Below are positions 1-9,058 of a stretch of 64,000 bases of DNA, piece after piece. Under the pieces are notes generated by a model. That model worked only from the letters and a program-made list of their open reading frames with translations, searched no databases and was not told the origin of the DNA. Made by a program: the position numbers and the translations under genes. The DNA is taken from sequence record LR756501.1; one strand, given 5' to 3'. Positions within the stretch are counted from its first letter, which is position 1. Every line of letters begins with the position of its first letter.

Positions 1-1
1 A

Positions 2-208
2 CCATATACAGTAACCAATGATTTTAGATTTAAAACTTTTAATAATTTTAAGAGACAAGTTGTTGATAATCATAAAGTTGTTAGTGTGGAATTTCACGGA
101 TATGAAGATGTTTATAATATAACAGTGGATGATAACCACAATTATAATGTGATAACATCTTTTGATGATAATAAATATATTAGAAGCGGTGGTATTTGTG
201 TTAAAAAT
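2..208 (+). mobile_element. C-terminal splicing region of an intein in the RNR active-site loop
   Basis: HKVVSVEFHGYEDVYNITVDDNHNY...GICVKN followed by extein CGEQ matches intein blocks F/G. The junction N/C is at nt 208/209. Confidence 0.88.
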
Positions 209-1840
209 TGCGGGGAACAAATCCTTCCGATTGGTGGTGTTTGTCTTTTAGGAAATCTTAATTTAACTCAATTTATTAAAGAAGATTTATCTGGTTGGGA
301 TTACGATAAATTAAAAAAGGTTATTCCTGTGGCTGTTAGGTTTATGGATAACGTTAATGATTTAACTTACGTGCCTCTTGAAGATCAGAAAGATAATCTG
401 ATGAATAAGAGAAGAATTGGTTTGGGTATTCTTGGTTACGGTAGTGCTCTTCTTATTATGAAGAAAAGATACGGTAGTCCCGATGCTATTCAACAAACAG
501 AAGAACTTATGAGTTTTATAGCCAATACAGCCTACCAATCATCTGCTCTTTTAGCTAAAGAAAAGGGGCCATTCTTACTCTACGATGAAGAAAAATATTT
601 AAAGAGCGAATATCTGAAAAATCTTTCAGACGAAACAAGAGCATTAATAAAGAAACACGGAATTAGAAATTCACATCTACTTAGTATTCAACCAACTGGT
701 AACAGTTCCATTTTAGCAAATGTTGCTTCAGGTGGTCTTGAACCAGTATTCTTATTTGAGTATGTTAGAACTGTTATTCAACCTTACGCTCCTGATGGAC
801 TTGTATTACCACAGAATGTAGATTGGGTGGGATTATCTTTTGGTATGCCTGGTGACGGTAAGCCTTTCCAAGAATGGAAGTGGATTAAAGAAGGTGACGA
901 GAATATGTTGAAAACAGAATTCAACGGAGTTATCTTTAAATACGATAGAGGGCGTGGTATTCTTAAAGAATCAGTAGTTAAAGATTACGGAGTTCGTTTC
1001 CTTGAACAAAGAGGCGAGTGGGACCCCAGTGCAAATTGGGCAGCCAACATTAACAACTTAAAAATAGAAGAACATATCAACTCAATGAAAGTAATTTCAA
1101 AGTATATTGACTCTTCTATGTCTAAGACTATCAATCTTCCAAGTGATTATAAATTTGAAGATTTCAAACACGTTTATATTGATCTTTATAAGAGTGGAAC
1201 TATCAAAGGTGGAACTACTTATAGAGCAGGAACAATGGCAACTGTAATAAAGAAGAAAGATGAAGAAGAAGTACAACAAGCCACTCAAGAAAATAATGTA
1301 CCTAAACGTCCAAAAGTTTTAGAGTGTGATGTTGTAAGATTTACGAATAAAGGTGAAAAATGGATTGGTTTTATTGGATTGAAAAACGCTTCACCTTACG
1401 AAATATTTACTGGTCTTGCTGAATCTTTCGTTGTACCTGGTTGGGTAGAAAAAGGATTTATAAGAAAAGAGAAAGTAAAGAATAAAGAGGGCGTACTTGT
1501 ATCTAGATATGACTTTGTATATAAGGATAAAGAAGATTACGAAGTTATAATGACTGGTTTGAATAGAGCTTTTCAACGTGAATATTGGAACATTGGTAAA
1601 ATGACCAGTGCTCTTTTAAGACACCATATTCATCTTCCATCTGTAATTGAAATCGTGGAATCATTAAATCTTGATGGTGACGTGATGGGAACTTGGAAGA
1701 AAGGTATGACTAGAATGTTAAAAAAGTATGTTAAACCCGAAGACGGTGGAGATACTTGTCCTGTTTGTGGTTCTAGTAACTTAGTCTACAAGGAGAATTG
1801 TATATCTTGTTTAGACTGTTCTTGGAGTAAATGTGAATAA
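2..1840 (+). CDS. nrdJ: Class II (AdoCbl-dependent) ribonucleotide reductase, 5'-truncated by window edge, intein-containing
   Basis: Frame is open from nt 2. Motifs CGEQ..CLLGNLNL, RRIGLGILG, SIQPTGNSS, SGGLEP, SKTINLP, YRAGT. C-terminal TSCPD-like domain plus CPVCG..CLDCSWSKC Zn ribbon. Confidence 0.9.
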   Translation, partial: PYTVTNDFRFKTFNNFKRQVVDNHKVVSVEFHGYEDVYNITVDDNHNYNVITSFDDNKYIRSGGICVKNCGEQILPIGGVCLLGNLNLTQFIKEDLSGWDYDKLKKVIPVAVRFMDNVNDLTYVPLEDQKDNLMNKRRIGLGILGYGSALLIMKKRYGSPDAIQQTEELMSFIANTAYQSSALLAKEKGPFLLYDEEKYLKSEYLKNLSDETRALIKKHGIRNSHLLSIQPTGNSSILANVASGGLEPVFLFEYVRTVIQPYAPDGLVLPQNVDWVGLSFGMPGDGKPFQEWKWIKEGDENMLKTEFNGVIFKYDRGRGILKESVVKDYGVRFLEQRGEWDPSANWAANINNLKIEEHINSMKVISKYIDSSMSKTINLPSDYKFEDFKHVYIDLYKSGTIKGGTTYRAGTMATVIKKKDEEEVQQATQENNVPKRPKVLECDVVRFTNKGEKWIGFIGLKNASPYEIFTGLAESFVVPGWVEKGFIRKEKVKNKEGVLVSRYDFVYKDKEDYEVIMTGLNRAFQREYWNIGKMTSALLRHHIHLPSVIEIVESLNLDGDVMGTWKKGMTRMLKKYVKPEDGGDTCPVCGSSNLVYKENCISCLDCSWSKCE

Positions 1841-1844
1841 AACA

Positions 1845-1872
1845 AAAAACCCAGTCATTTGACTGGGTTTTT
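1845..1872. terminator. Bidirectional rho-independent terminator
   Basis: AAAAACCCAGTC-ATTT-GACTGGGTTTTT between convergent genes. Confidence 0.85.
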
Positions 1873-1874
1873 CT

Positions 1875-2372
1875 TTATACCTTTAATCCTAGTGATTTTA
1901 GATAATCCACATTAATAATCTTTTCACCAGATTTCTTAATATCAGTAATTGCTTTCTGAATGACCTCTTTACCTCTTGGTGTATCAGCAAGTAACTGCAA
2001 ATTCCTGTATCCCTTCCAGTGCATGATTTCGAATTTGTTTTTATTTTCACCAATACAAATTCCCTTTTTGTAATCATTCTCAAGTTTCTTTTCAACCTTG
2101 GCGTTCAAGGCTGCTTCAATAAGATTATCTACAAACTCATCAAGATTAATGTTATGAGTTTTCTTAACGTAAGCTTCAACCTTTTTAAGAACTTCTTTAT
2201 TTGACTGGTAACTATCGTGGTCTGTACCAGTAGATTGAATAAACAATCCGCCACCCCAACCATCGTCTTGAGCCATAGCAAAAGTTTTACCATTCAAACA
2301 AACATCACAGTCACATGCTACTCCACCGTCGTGGCTACGCATAGTTTTCAACTTCTTAATTGTAATTTTCAT
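1875..2372 (-). CDS. Hypothetical protein
   Basis: 165 aa ORF co-oriented with neighbours. Confidence 0.7.
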   Translation of the reverse strand: MKITIKKLKTMRSHDGGVACDCDVCLNGKTFAMAQDDGWGGGLFIQSTGTDHDSYQSNKEVLKKVEAYVKKTHNINLDEFVDNLIEAALNAKVEKKLENDYKKGICIGENKNKFEIMHWKGYRNLQLLADTPRGKEVIQKAITDIKKSGEKIINVDYLKSLGLKV

Positions 2373-2390
2373 ATCTTTAGTGGTTTTTAA

Positions 2391-2750
2391 TTAAATTTTT
2401 GAAAATTTATCTGATACTTCTTTAGGATCAAAGACACCCCAAGTATATCCTAAACCGTACCAAACAAGATGCTCTTCATCATCAGTGCCTAAACCAAGTT
2501 CAGGGGAATCTTCGATTTTCTGAAGAACTACATCTGGTCCACCCATATGATAAACAGCAAGAACAGTTGTAAGGTGTTTATATTTATCTTTCAGTACTGG
2601 TTTTTCATCCATTGGATCTGCAACATCGTCAGATACAGGTACAAGAATACCCTCCATATCATCAAATACACTACCATCGAAATCAGGAAGATCTAAAATC
2701 TTTGCGTCACTGTTTTCGAAATCCTTTAAAATCTTTGCGAAATCTTTCAT
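2391..2750 (-). CDS. Hypothetical acidic protein
   Basis: 119 aa ORF in a tightly packed operon. Confidence 0.65.
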   Translation of the reverse strand: MKDFAKILKDFENSDAKILDLPDFDGSVFDDMEGILVPVSDDVADPMDEKPVLKDKYKHLTTVLAVYHMGGPDVVLQKIEDSPELGLGTDDEEHLVWYGLGYTWGVFDPKEVSDKFSKI

Positions 2751-2763
2751 ATCTCTTTAGGAA

Positions 2764-3204
2764 TTAGTCATTGATTTTACCATATACTGTTACTTCTCCA
2801 CCCGATACTGATAATGATGTTGTGCTTGTGAAAAAATCAAAAGCCTTTTTATTAACAACAATATTAGTAATAGTGAAATTACCCTTTGCTGTAAGATGGT
2901 TTCTCAAACCAGTGAAAGGTGTGGTACTAATATCAACCTGAATGTCTCTTTGTTTATCCATTGGGACAACGTGAGCGCAAAGTAATACTACACTAACACC
3001 GTCAGATGTTCTGCAGAATGTAGTGTCGTAAGTGATAGTTGATGTGTTCATTGAACTAGTAGTTTCAGGTGAAGAATTCTGATTACCTGAAACGAATTCC
3101 GAAACGGAAGAAGTAACCATTTTACCATACTTGGTTGAAGCAAAAATAAGTCCTACAAGGAAAATTCCGAGGACAATGCAAAAAATTCTCTGTGTTTTAG
3201 ACAT
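2764..3204 (-). CDS. Hypothetical membrane-anchored protein
   Basis: N-terminal hydrophobic helix followed by a Ser/Thr-rich linker. Confidence 0.65.
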   Translation of the reverse strand: MSKTQRIFCIVLGIFLVGLIFASTKYGKMVTSSVSEFVSGNQNSSPETTSSMNTSTITYDTTFCRTSDGVSVVLLCAHVVPMDKQRDIQVDISTTPFTGLRNHLTAKGNFTITNIVVNKKAFDFFTSTTSLSVSGGEVTVYGKIND

Positions 3205-3236
3205 AGTTTTGGATTTTTAATTATTGTTTGACTTTA

Positions 3237-3244
3237 CAAAGATA
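3237..3244 (-). promoter_or_regulatory. Bacteroidota-type -7 promoter element (TAnnTTTG)
   Basis: TATCTTTG on the minus strand 33 nt upstream of the 3204 start. Similar boxes at 19419-19426(-), 25801-25808(-), 37069-37076(-), 41124-41131(-), 60736-60743(+), 63495-63502(+). Confidence 0.55.
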
Positions 3245-3294
3245 CGTAAATTTATATAAATAAAAAAACAAAAGCAAAAAAAAATCTGGATTTT

Positions 3295-3648
3295 TCAACC
3301 CAGATTTTCTTTGTTTATGAATGCCATAATCACTTTTACAACATATGAAATCAAACGCTCATCTAATTCCACTTCTGGTGGTATCTTATGCCATTTATGT
3401 AAACACTCTCTACAACAAGTTGCAGTTGCGTGTTGTGCTATAAAAACAGGATGACCTCTATAAGGAGTTTGTTTACCATCCTTTTCTAATTTCACTTTGA
3501 GATTCTTTGTTACAAAATCATTTGCGTGTTTTTCTATAACATCAATTCCCTTCTCATTCACATATTGTTTATCTTTATCTTTCAGATGAAAGCTTGCTCT
3601 AAATTTAGAGTTAGATAATTTTTGCAATATTTTTTCTACGTCATTCAT
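3295..3648 (-). CDS. DUF4186 family protein
   Basis: SKFRASFHL..DGKQTPYRGHPVFIAQHATATCCRECLHKWH signature. Confidence 0.85.
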   Translation of the reverse strand: MNDVEKILQKLSNSKFRASFHLKDKDKQYVNEKGIDVIEKHANDFVTKNLKVKLEKDGKQTPYRGHPVFIAQHATATCCRECLHKWHKIPPEVELDERLISYVVKVIMAFINKENLG

Positions 3649-4994
3649 TACTTACTCTCATCCATTATGTCGTTCTCAATCACTAAGAATTTAGGATGGA
3701 AATCGAATAAAATAGTTTCCTCTTTGTGATCTCCATCTCTCAATTTTAGAACCTTCAACCTGTACTTATTATGCTTCTTCATTTCTGTGTTACGAATAAT
3801 AGCCCAGAAAGTATCAGCGGTCTCTGCAACAGCTTTAGACTCAGGTACGTCTTGCAACTTAATATCATTTGCTCCCCATACGCTTCTATCTACTTGTGTT
3901 GCTGTGATAAGTGCGATATTGAATTTATCTGCTATGTATCTCAACCCTTCAGCCAAATGTTTTCCCTTCATATAAAGGTTATTGGATATTTCCTTATTGA
4001 GTTTATTAACAGACATAAGGTTGATATAGTCAATTACAACTATGTCTAAATCTATGCCACGGGCTTCTTCTAGTTTAGTAATATAATTATCTATATCTGT
4101 AACCGAACAGTCACCAGTATTGAACTTCTTAACAAAGATTTTTCCTGGCGCGTCTGTATTGAATAAACCGTTGCCTTGATTTTTCAAAGCGTTTATTCTG
4201 TTCTTTATGAAAGTAGAATCTTTACTAACCTCGTCGTAAGTATCAACGTCAATTTTCAATCTCATCGCCCCAAGACGTTTCATAACTTTTCTTTGGGACA
4301 TTTCAACTGTAATTACCGCGACATTCTTTCCTTGATTAGCTGCGTTACAAGCTATATTGTAGAGCCACATTGACTTTCCAACATTTGTCTCCCCCATGAG
4401 GACGTTAAAAGTACCTTTATCCCAACCGCCGTGTAATATCAAATCGACATTTCCCCAGCCTGTGGAGATTTTATTTTTGGAGGTATTTTGTTTGTGCATT
4501 TCGGGATCGTCAAAGTCAGCACCTAAATCTTGGTCGTCGTCTTCAATGAGAGATAAGTTTTGATAGACGGCTTTGATTTCTGATGCTACGCTAGATACAC
4601 TATCGTAGTCGATCTCTTTAAGATTCCTAATTTTCTCAATGCTTTCGTAAACATTGTTTTTGAGTAAGTTTGATAATCTCCACGCTTTGAATTTCTTTTC
4701 AAGCCATTCTTGTTCGTGTACTGTATTATCGTTTTTTAGTATTGCTTTTATTACGTTATTAGACACTTTCTCCTGTGGATCGTGAAGTTTAATCATCGCG
4801 ACTATTTGTTGTGGAGTAGGTGACTTTTTTGATTTAGAAACTAAAAATTCGTCTCTAACTACTTTATAGATAAATTGAATATCTTCGTTCTTAAAGAACT
4901 CTGACTCAACTTTGTAAAATTGTGTAGGATGCTCTAATACCCAAGTGAAGAAAAATTTCTCCATCTGTGCATTCATTACTTCTTTTTCATTCAT
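3648..4994 (-). CDS. Replicative DnaB-family helicase (T4 gp41-like)
   Basis: Walker A GETNVGKS, ITVEMS, VVIDYINLM, ATQVDR, ESKAVAETAD, KLRDG. Confidence 0.92.
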   Translation of the reverse strand: MNEKEVMNAQMEKFFFTWVLEHPTQFYKVESEFFKNEDIQFIYKVVRDEFLVSKSKKSPTPQQIVAMIKLHDPQEKVSNNVIKAILKNDNTVHEQEWLEKKFKAWRLSNLLKNNVYESIEKIRNLKEIDYDSVSSVASEIKAVYQNLSLIEDDDQDLGADFDDPEMHKQNTSKNKISTGWGNVDLILHGGWDKGTFNVLMGETNVGKSMWLYNIACNAANQGKNVAVITVEMSQRKVMKRLGAMRLKIDVDTYDEVSKDSTFIKNRINALKNQGNGLFNTDAPGKIFVKKFNTGDCSVTDIDNYITKLEEARGIDLDIVVIDYINLMSVNKLNKEISNNLYMKGKHLAEGLRYIADKFNIALITATQVDRSVWGANDIKLQDVPESKAVAETADTFWAIIRNTEMKKHNKYRLKVLKLRDGDHKEETILFDFHPKFLVIENDIMDESK

Positions 4995-5088
4995 AATTGT
5001 TGTTGTTGTTTTTTAGTCCTGAATGAGGACAGCATTCCCACATCAATGCTATTGATATTATATTAAAATATAATCAATAAGATTTAAA

Positions 5089-6321
5089 TTAATCAAACAA
5101 TTTCTCGTCGCTCACTTCATCGATTTCAAAATCAACGTCTTGCTCGAATTCTGCGTATTGTTCGTCTAAGGCTTCCATTTCTGTTTGATATTCTTCGTAA
5201 GAAGCGTACCTGAAATATTCATACACTATTGGTTCTAGTGCCTCTAAAACTTCTTTTGTAAAGACTTTACCGTTATATAATTGGCTGTCGAATAATGTTT
5301 TATCTAAATGTTTCACGTACCATTTGGAACCTGGATCGTAGGTTATTTCGCCTGTTTTCTTATCAACAACTGGTTTAACCTTAGCTATACCTGTTTTCTC
5401 GAAGTTTTCTACTGTGCAGAAAAACTCAAGACCCTTGTAGGCGTTACATCCTTTGGAATGATCTATTTCGAACTTCACTTTCTTTGGTTTTGCAAGTCTA
5501 TTTTTTCTTGCCATTGCTGTGATAGTCGACCCGATTGATCCTGTGGATAATTCGTCTTTGTCTTTATCTTCGAGTTTTGCTTTTGATAAGAGGATGATAA
5601 TAGATGCTAAGTAATTCAAACCTTCACCACCTGTTTGTACTGTTTGTGGAAATAAATCCTGTGTGAGATAAGTGTGATTAGTAGCAAGTAATGGTATTCC
5701 TAAATAACCAAGATCATCAATTATAATTCTAAGCATTGATTTAGTGGCCTTTGCGCGGCTCATATCTTGTTTATCGTTGCCTTTGATTGCGTCTTCAATT
5801 TCTTTCTTTGATGCAAGTGCTCCAAGGCTATCAATTACGAAAATGGTTTTGCTAACATCTTCGCCTTTTTCTTTCTGTTTCTTTAATTCATCTAACAATT
5901 GTGCTAAGAACATTTTAAGGTTCTCTACTTTATTACTTCTAATGAGAACAAATTTGTTTGGATCTGATGTATCAATTCCAAACATATCAAAATCGTTATT
6001 CTCAATAGCAAATTCTGTATCGATATAAATTACACTATATCCGTCTTTTTGTGCGTTTCTTACTGTATTTAAACAAATATAAGATTTACCTGTTTGGTAA
6101 GGTCCTGCAAAAATTGTGAATCTGTTTGTTGGAATACCGCCTTTTAGAATACTTTTAGATAGTAAGGCGTTAAGAATGTAAATGCCTGTGCTGATATATT
6201 TTCTTTCTGCTTTCAAATTGTCTATCGTAATCATCGATTTCTTCGACAAATTTTCTATAACACTAGATACTTTTCCTAAATTGAACCCACTGTCCTTTGC
6301 TTTTGATACTGTTTTAGCCAT
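5089..6321 (-). CDS. uvsX: UvsX/RecA-like recombinase
   Basis: ISTGIYILNALLS, Walker A GPYQTGKS, YIDTEFA, VIDSLGAL, NHTY, GGEGLNYLAS, acidic tail. Confidence 0.9.
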   Translation of the reverse strand: MAKTVSKAKDSGFNLGKVSSVIENLSKKSMITIDNLKAERKYISTGIYILNALLSKSILKGGIPTNRFTIFAGPYQTGKSYICLNTVRNAQKDGYSVIYIDTEFAIENNDFDMFGIDTSDPNKFVLIRSNKVENLKMFLAQLLDELKKQKEKGEDVSKTIFVIDSLGALASKKEIEDAIKGNDKQDMSRAKATKSMLRIIIDDLGYLGIPLLATNHTYLTQDLFPQTVQTGGEGLNYLASIIILLSKAKLEDKDKDELSTGSIGSTITAMARKNRLAKPKKVKFEIDHSKGCNAYKGLEFFCTVENFEKTGIAKVKPVVDKKTGEITYDPGSKWYVKHLDKTLFDSQLYNGKVFTKEVLEALEPIVYEYFRYASYEEYQTEMEALDEQYAEFEQDVDFEIDEVSDEKLFD

Positions 6322-6457
6322 TTTTAATTGCTTATTTTTTTATGACCTTTTAAAGGTACATATTGACTTTTTATACCAATAAACCTGAAAAGTTTAAATT
6401 AAATATCATTCAGACCAATTGTTAAATATATATATTAAAAAATAAGAACATATACCT

Positions 6458-6853
6458 ATGAACTTCTACCTAACACTCTGCAAAAATCGTAAAAAATTTG
6501 ATAAGTATGTGAAAGTCAATAGAATAAAGAACAAGGTAATAATTGATATTAAAAGTGCCCTTGAGGAGAACGAAATTTACGACGATAAGTATAACGATTA
6601 TTTCAATTTAATGATATACACTCGAATAATACAAAGTTTAAATAAGGGTAAAGATATTTATTATATACCAAACTTCACGAATGAAAAATTAGATATTTAT
6701 GAAGTGTTAAAAATAAAAAAGATATTGAAGGACGGTACTTATTTTAATGTTCTTATGTTTTTTGATGAATTCAAAGAAGATACAAGAATTCAAAACGACG
6801 TGCTAACTAATATTGGTTTATTCGATAATTCTCAGTTATTGAAAGATTATTAA
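6458..6853 (+). CDS. Hypothetical protein
   Basis: 131 aa ORF divergent from uvsX. Confidence 0.7.
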   Translation: MNFYLTLCKNRKKFDKYVKVNRIKNKVIIDIKSALEENEIYDDKYNDYFNLMIYTRIIQSLNKGKDIYYIPNFTNEKLDIYEVLKIKKILKDGTYFNVLMFFDEFKEDTRIQNDVLTNIGLFDNSQLLKDY

Positions 6854-6891
6854 TTTCCTAAATCTTTTTTCAATTTGTAATGTCGCGTTTT

Positions 6892-6900
6892 TAATATATA
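6892..6900 (+). promoter_or_regulatory. Candidate phage-specific (late-like) promoter TAATATATA, representative copy
   Basis: Exact TAATATATA shortly upstream of starts at 6892, 15919, 42440, 47890, 48634, 54075, 55919, 60125, 61059, 63752 (+) and 18329, 50159 (-). Another copy at 57933, and TTATATATA variants at 58566(+) and about 54031(-). Confidence 0.65.
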
Positions 6901-6918
6901 AAAGAAAAAGACTCTTTA

Positions 6919-8571
6919 ATGTATTCAGAAATTGGATTTATATTTAACCCAGCACTTGGTAGTTACGGAAATAGTGATAACGAAGGTAATATTTATCAAA
7001 GACCTATAAAACTTGCTCCATCAAAACCTAATAGTAATACAAGTCAAGGTCAACCTACACAGGGAAATTCTGGAAGTGGATCACAAAATCCTAATCCTAA
7101 TGATCCAAATAAAGGACCAGCGGCTGAAGACGGTGTATTAGTATATAAAAATCCAAATGAATTTACTGGTACAATAGGAATTAGAAATTATTTAAGATTA
7201 AACGTTTATAAATACGATGATATTAACGAGGACCCATACATATCTTTACTTAGATACTTTGGGGACAAGAAAACAAAAGCCTTAACTCTTAGAGCAGCAG
7301 ACTTTGTTTATCTTAAAGATTTGGGTGTTTATCCTATAAATAGATTATGGATATTAAGAAGGTTTCCAGATAACTGTATAGTACCTAATAATTTACTTGC
7401 TTGGGGTAAAGCTGTAGAGCCAGTTTCTACTGTTGTTGGATGGATGAAAGATAAAGATGATACTCCACTTTTAGCCTTGAATTTTAACGAAGTGTGGACA
7501 GATCAAAATGAAATGATTGATAAAATCTTAACACAGATAATGAGCGATAATTTCAAATTTAAATCTCCAGCAGTCATACCAGTTCCAGGTTGGTCACAAG
7601 GTTTATTATTTGGTATGTTAAATGCTATGGGTCTTACAGATGATTATAACGCAATGAACGTGCCAACAGGAGATCCTAACGTTTTAAGAATAGCTAAAAT
7701 GAGAGATGCTAGCGGTGCTCAAGGATTACAATCAAGAATGAGTCTTTCTTTAGAAACAACTTACGAACAAAAATATATCAACGGTGTTGATCCAGGGCTA
7801 GCAATGATGGATGTGCTTTCTAACCTATTTAAAATGGGAACATCAGATCAAAGATTTATATTGAGTAATAGTCCAATGTTACAACAACTAATAGGTAACA
7901 TAAATGGAAATAAAAACGTAAACGCTTGGTTAGATTTTGTTAAAAATTTGATAGGATCTTTCCTAAAAGGAGTGGTCACTTTCATAAGTGCCATGGCTTC
8001 TGAGAGCGAATCAACAATCACAGCTGCACAATCAACAAGTTTTGAAGAGTCTGTCGGTGGAGGATCACCAGATAAAAATTCTGTTGGGTCAAGTGGTGGC
8101 TTAGTATCAAATGTCGCCAACTCATTACTAGCTGGCACAATAGCAAAATATAGATGGCCTTTGAAAGGCTCCATCGCTTTAATGAGTGGTATCAACACAA
8201 CACCTTGGCACTTAACGATAGGAAATCCATATTCACCTATTATCAATATCGGTAACGTATATGTTAGTAACGTTGAAGTTAAACTCAGTAATGATTTGGG
8301 GTTCAATGATATGCCAGCGAGAATAGATGTTAATATAAGTACTGAATTTGGAAGACCACTTGGTAAACAGGAGTTAGAGAAGATGTTTAATAATGGATAT
8401 AAGAGGGTATATTCTAAAAAATCACCAGGTAGTATAACAGAAACAACACCAGTATCAAGTAATGTAACAGCAAGTGGACAACCAGCTAGTGTAAATGTTT
8501 TGGGGAATGAAAATCAACCAGCTAATACAACATCAAAGATTAACAAGGATGTTTATACACCGTTACCTTAA
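6919..8571 (+). CDS. Putative baseplate/tail-tube initiator-type structural protein
   Basis: First gene of a module with gp53-, gp27- and gp5-like genes; C-terminal PWHLTIGNP..V..VEV..D.G.NDMP..IDV tube-like fold pattern. The assignment is inferred. Confidence 0.5.
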   Translation: MYSEIGFIFNPALGSYGNSDNEGNIYQRPIKLAPSKPNSNTSQGQPTQGNSGSGSQNPNPNDPNKGPAAEDGVLVYKNPNEFTGTIGIRNYLRLNVYKYDDINEDPYISLLRYFGDKKTKALTLRAADFVYLKDLGVYPINRLWILRRFPDNCIVPNNLLAWGKAVEPVSTVVGWMKDKDDTPLLALNFNEVWTDQNEMIDKILTQIMSDNFKFKSPAVIPVPGWSQGLLFGMLNAMGLTDDYNAMNVPTGDPNVLRIAKMRDASGAQGLQSRMSLSLETTYEQKYINGVDPGLAMMDVLSNLFKMGTSDQRFILSNSPMLQQLIGNINGNKNVNAWLDFVKNLIGSFLKGVVTFISAMASESESTITAAQSTSFEESVGGGSPDKNSVGSSGGLVSNVANSLLAGTIAKYRWPLKGSIALMSGINTTPWHLTIGNPYSPIINIGNVYVSNVEVKLSNDLGFNDMPARIDVNISTEFGRPLGKQELEKMFNNGYKRVYSKKSPGSITETTPVSSNVTASGQPASVNVLGNENQPANTTSKINKDVYTPLP

Positions 8572-8587
8572 AAATAATATAATTTAG

Positions 8588-9058
8588 ATGAGTTATTTAT
8601 ATACAAATGAAATTGCAGCCAGAGATTTGAAACAAGGAAATCTCGTAGATATTATCGACCCTGTTGTTATATGGGACGATACTTTGAATTATTTGCCTTA
8701 CGTAGTATCACGTGAGGAGGCTATGAGACCTGATTTAATTTGTTTTAATATATATGGAAACTTTAACTATATAGATGAAATGTTGACTTGGAATAACATA
8801 TTATTGCCTTGGAGCGTTAAAGAAGGACAAATAATATATTTTCTTGAGGAAGATGATATTACAGCTTTACAATTACAGGCTAAAGCAGACGAACAAGAAA
8901 TTGTTACACAACTTGTTAATCCTAGTAAAGATACAAAGAAAGATCCTAATAGAGATACAGGTACTGGATTACCACCAACTATTAAACCTGCTGGTTTAAA
9001 AGAAGTTGAAGTAGATTTTAACAATAAGACAATAAAAATAATGGATAGATTTAAATGA
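8588..9058 (+). CDS. Baseplate wedge protein, gp53/LysM-like
   Basis: YVVSREEAMRPDLICFNIYG..IDEMLTWNNILLPWSVKEGQII. Confidence 0.7.
   Translation: MSYLYTNEIAARDLKQGNLVDIIDPVVIWDDTLNYLPYVVSREEAMRPDLICFNIYGNFNYIDEMLTWNNILLPWSVKEGQIIYFLEEDDITALQLQAKADEQEIVTQLVNPSKDTKKDPNRDTGTGLPPTIKPAGLKEVEVDFNNKTIKIMDRFK

Noticed and set aside
5016-5050. Hammerhead ribozyme (CTGAATGAG resembles CUGAUGA)
   Set aside because: The core has an extra base, and no GAAA strand or third stem is found.
7848-8306. Long antisense ORFs in the track (for example 7848-8306, 13667-14080, 20852-21241, 30882-31322, 32047-32472)
   Set aside because: They lie opposite well-supported genes and have no motifs or initiation signals.
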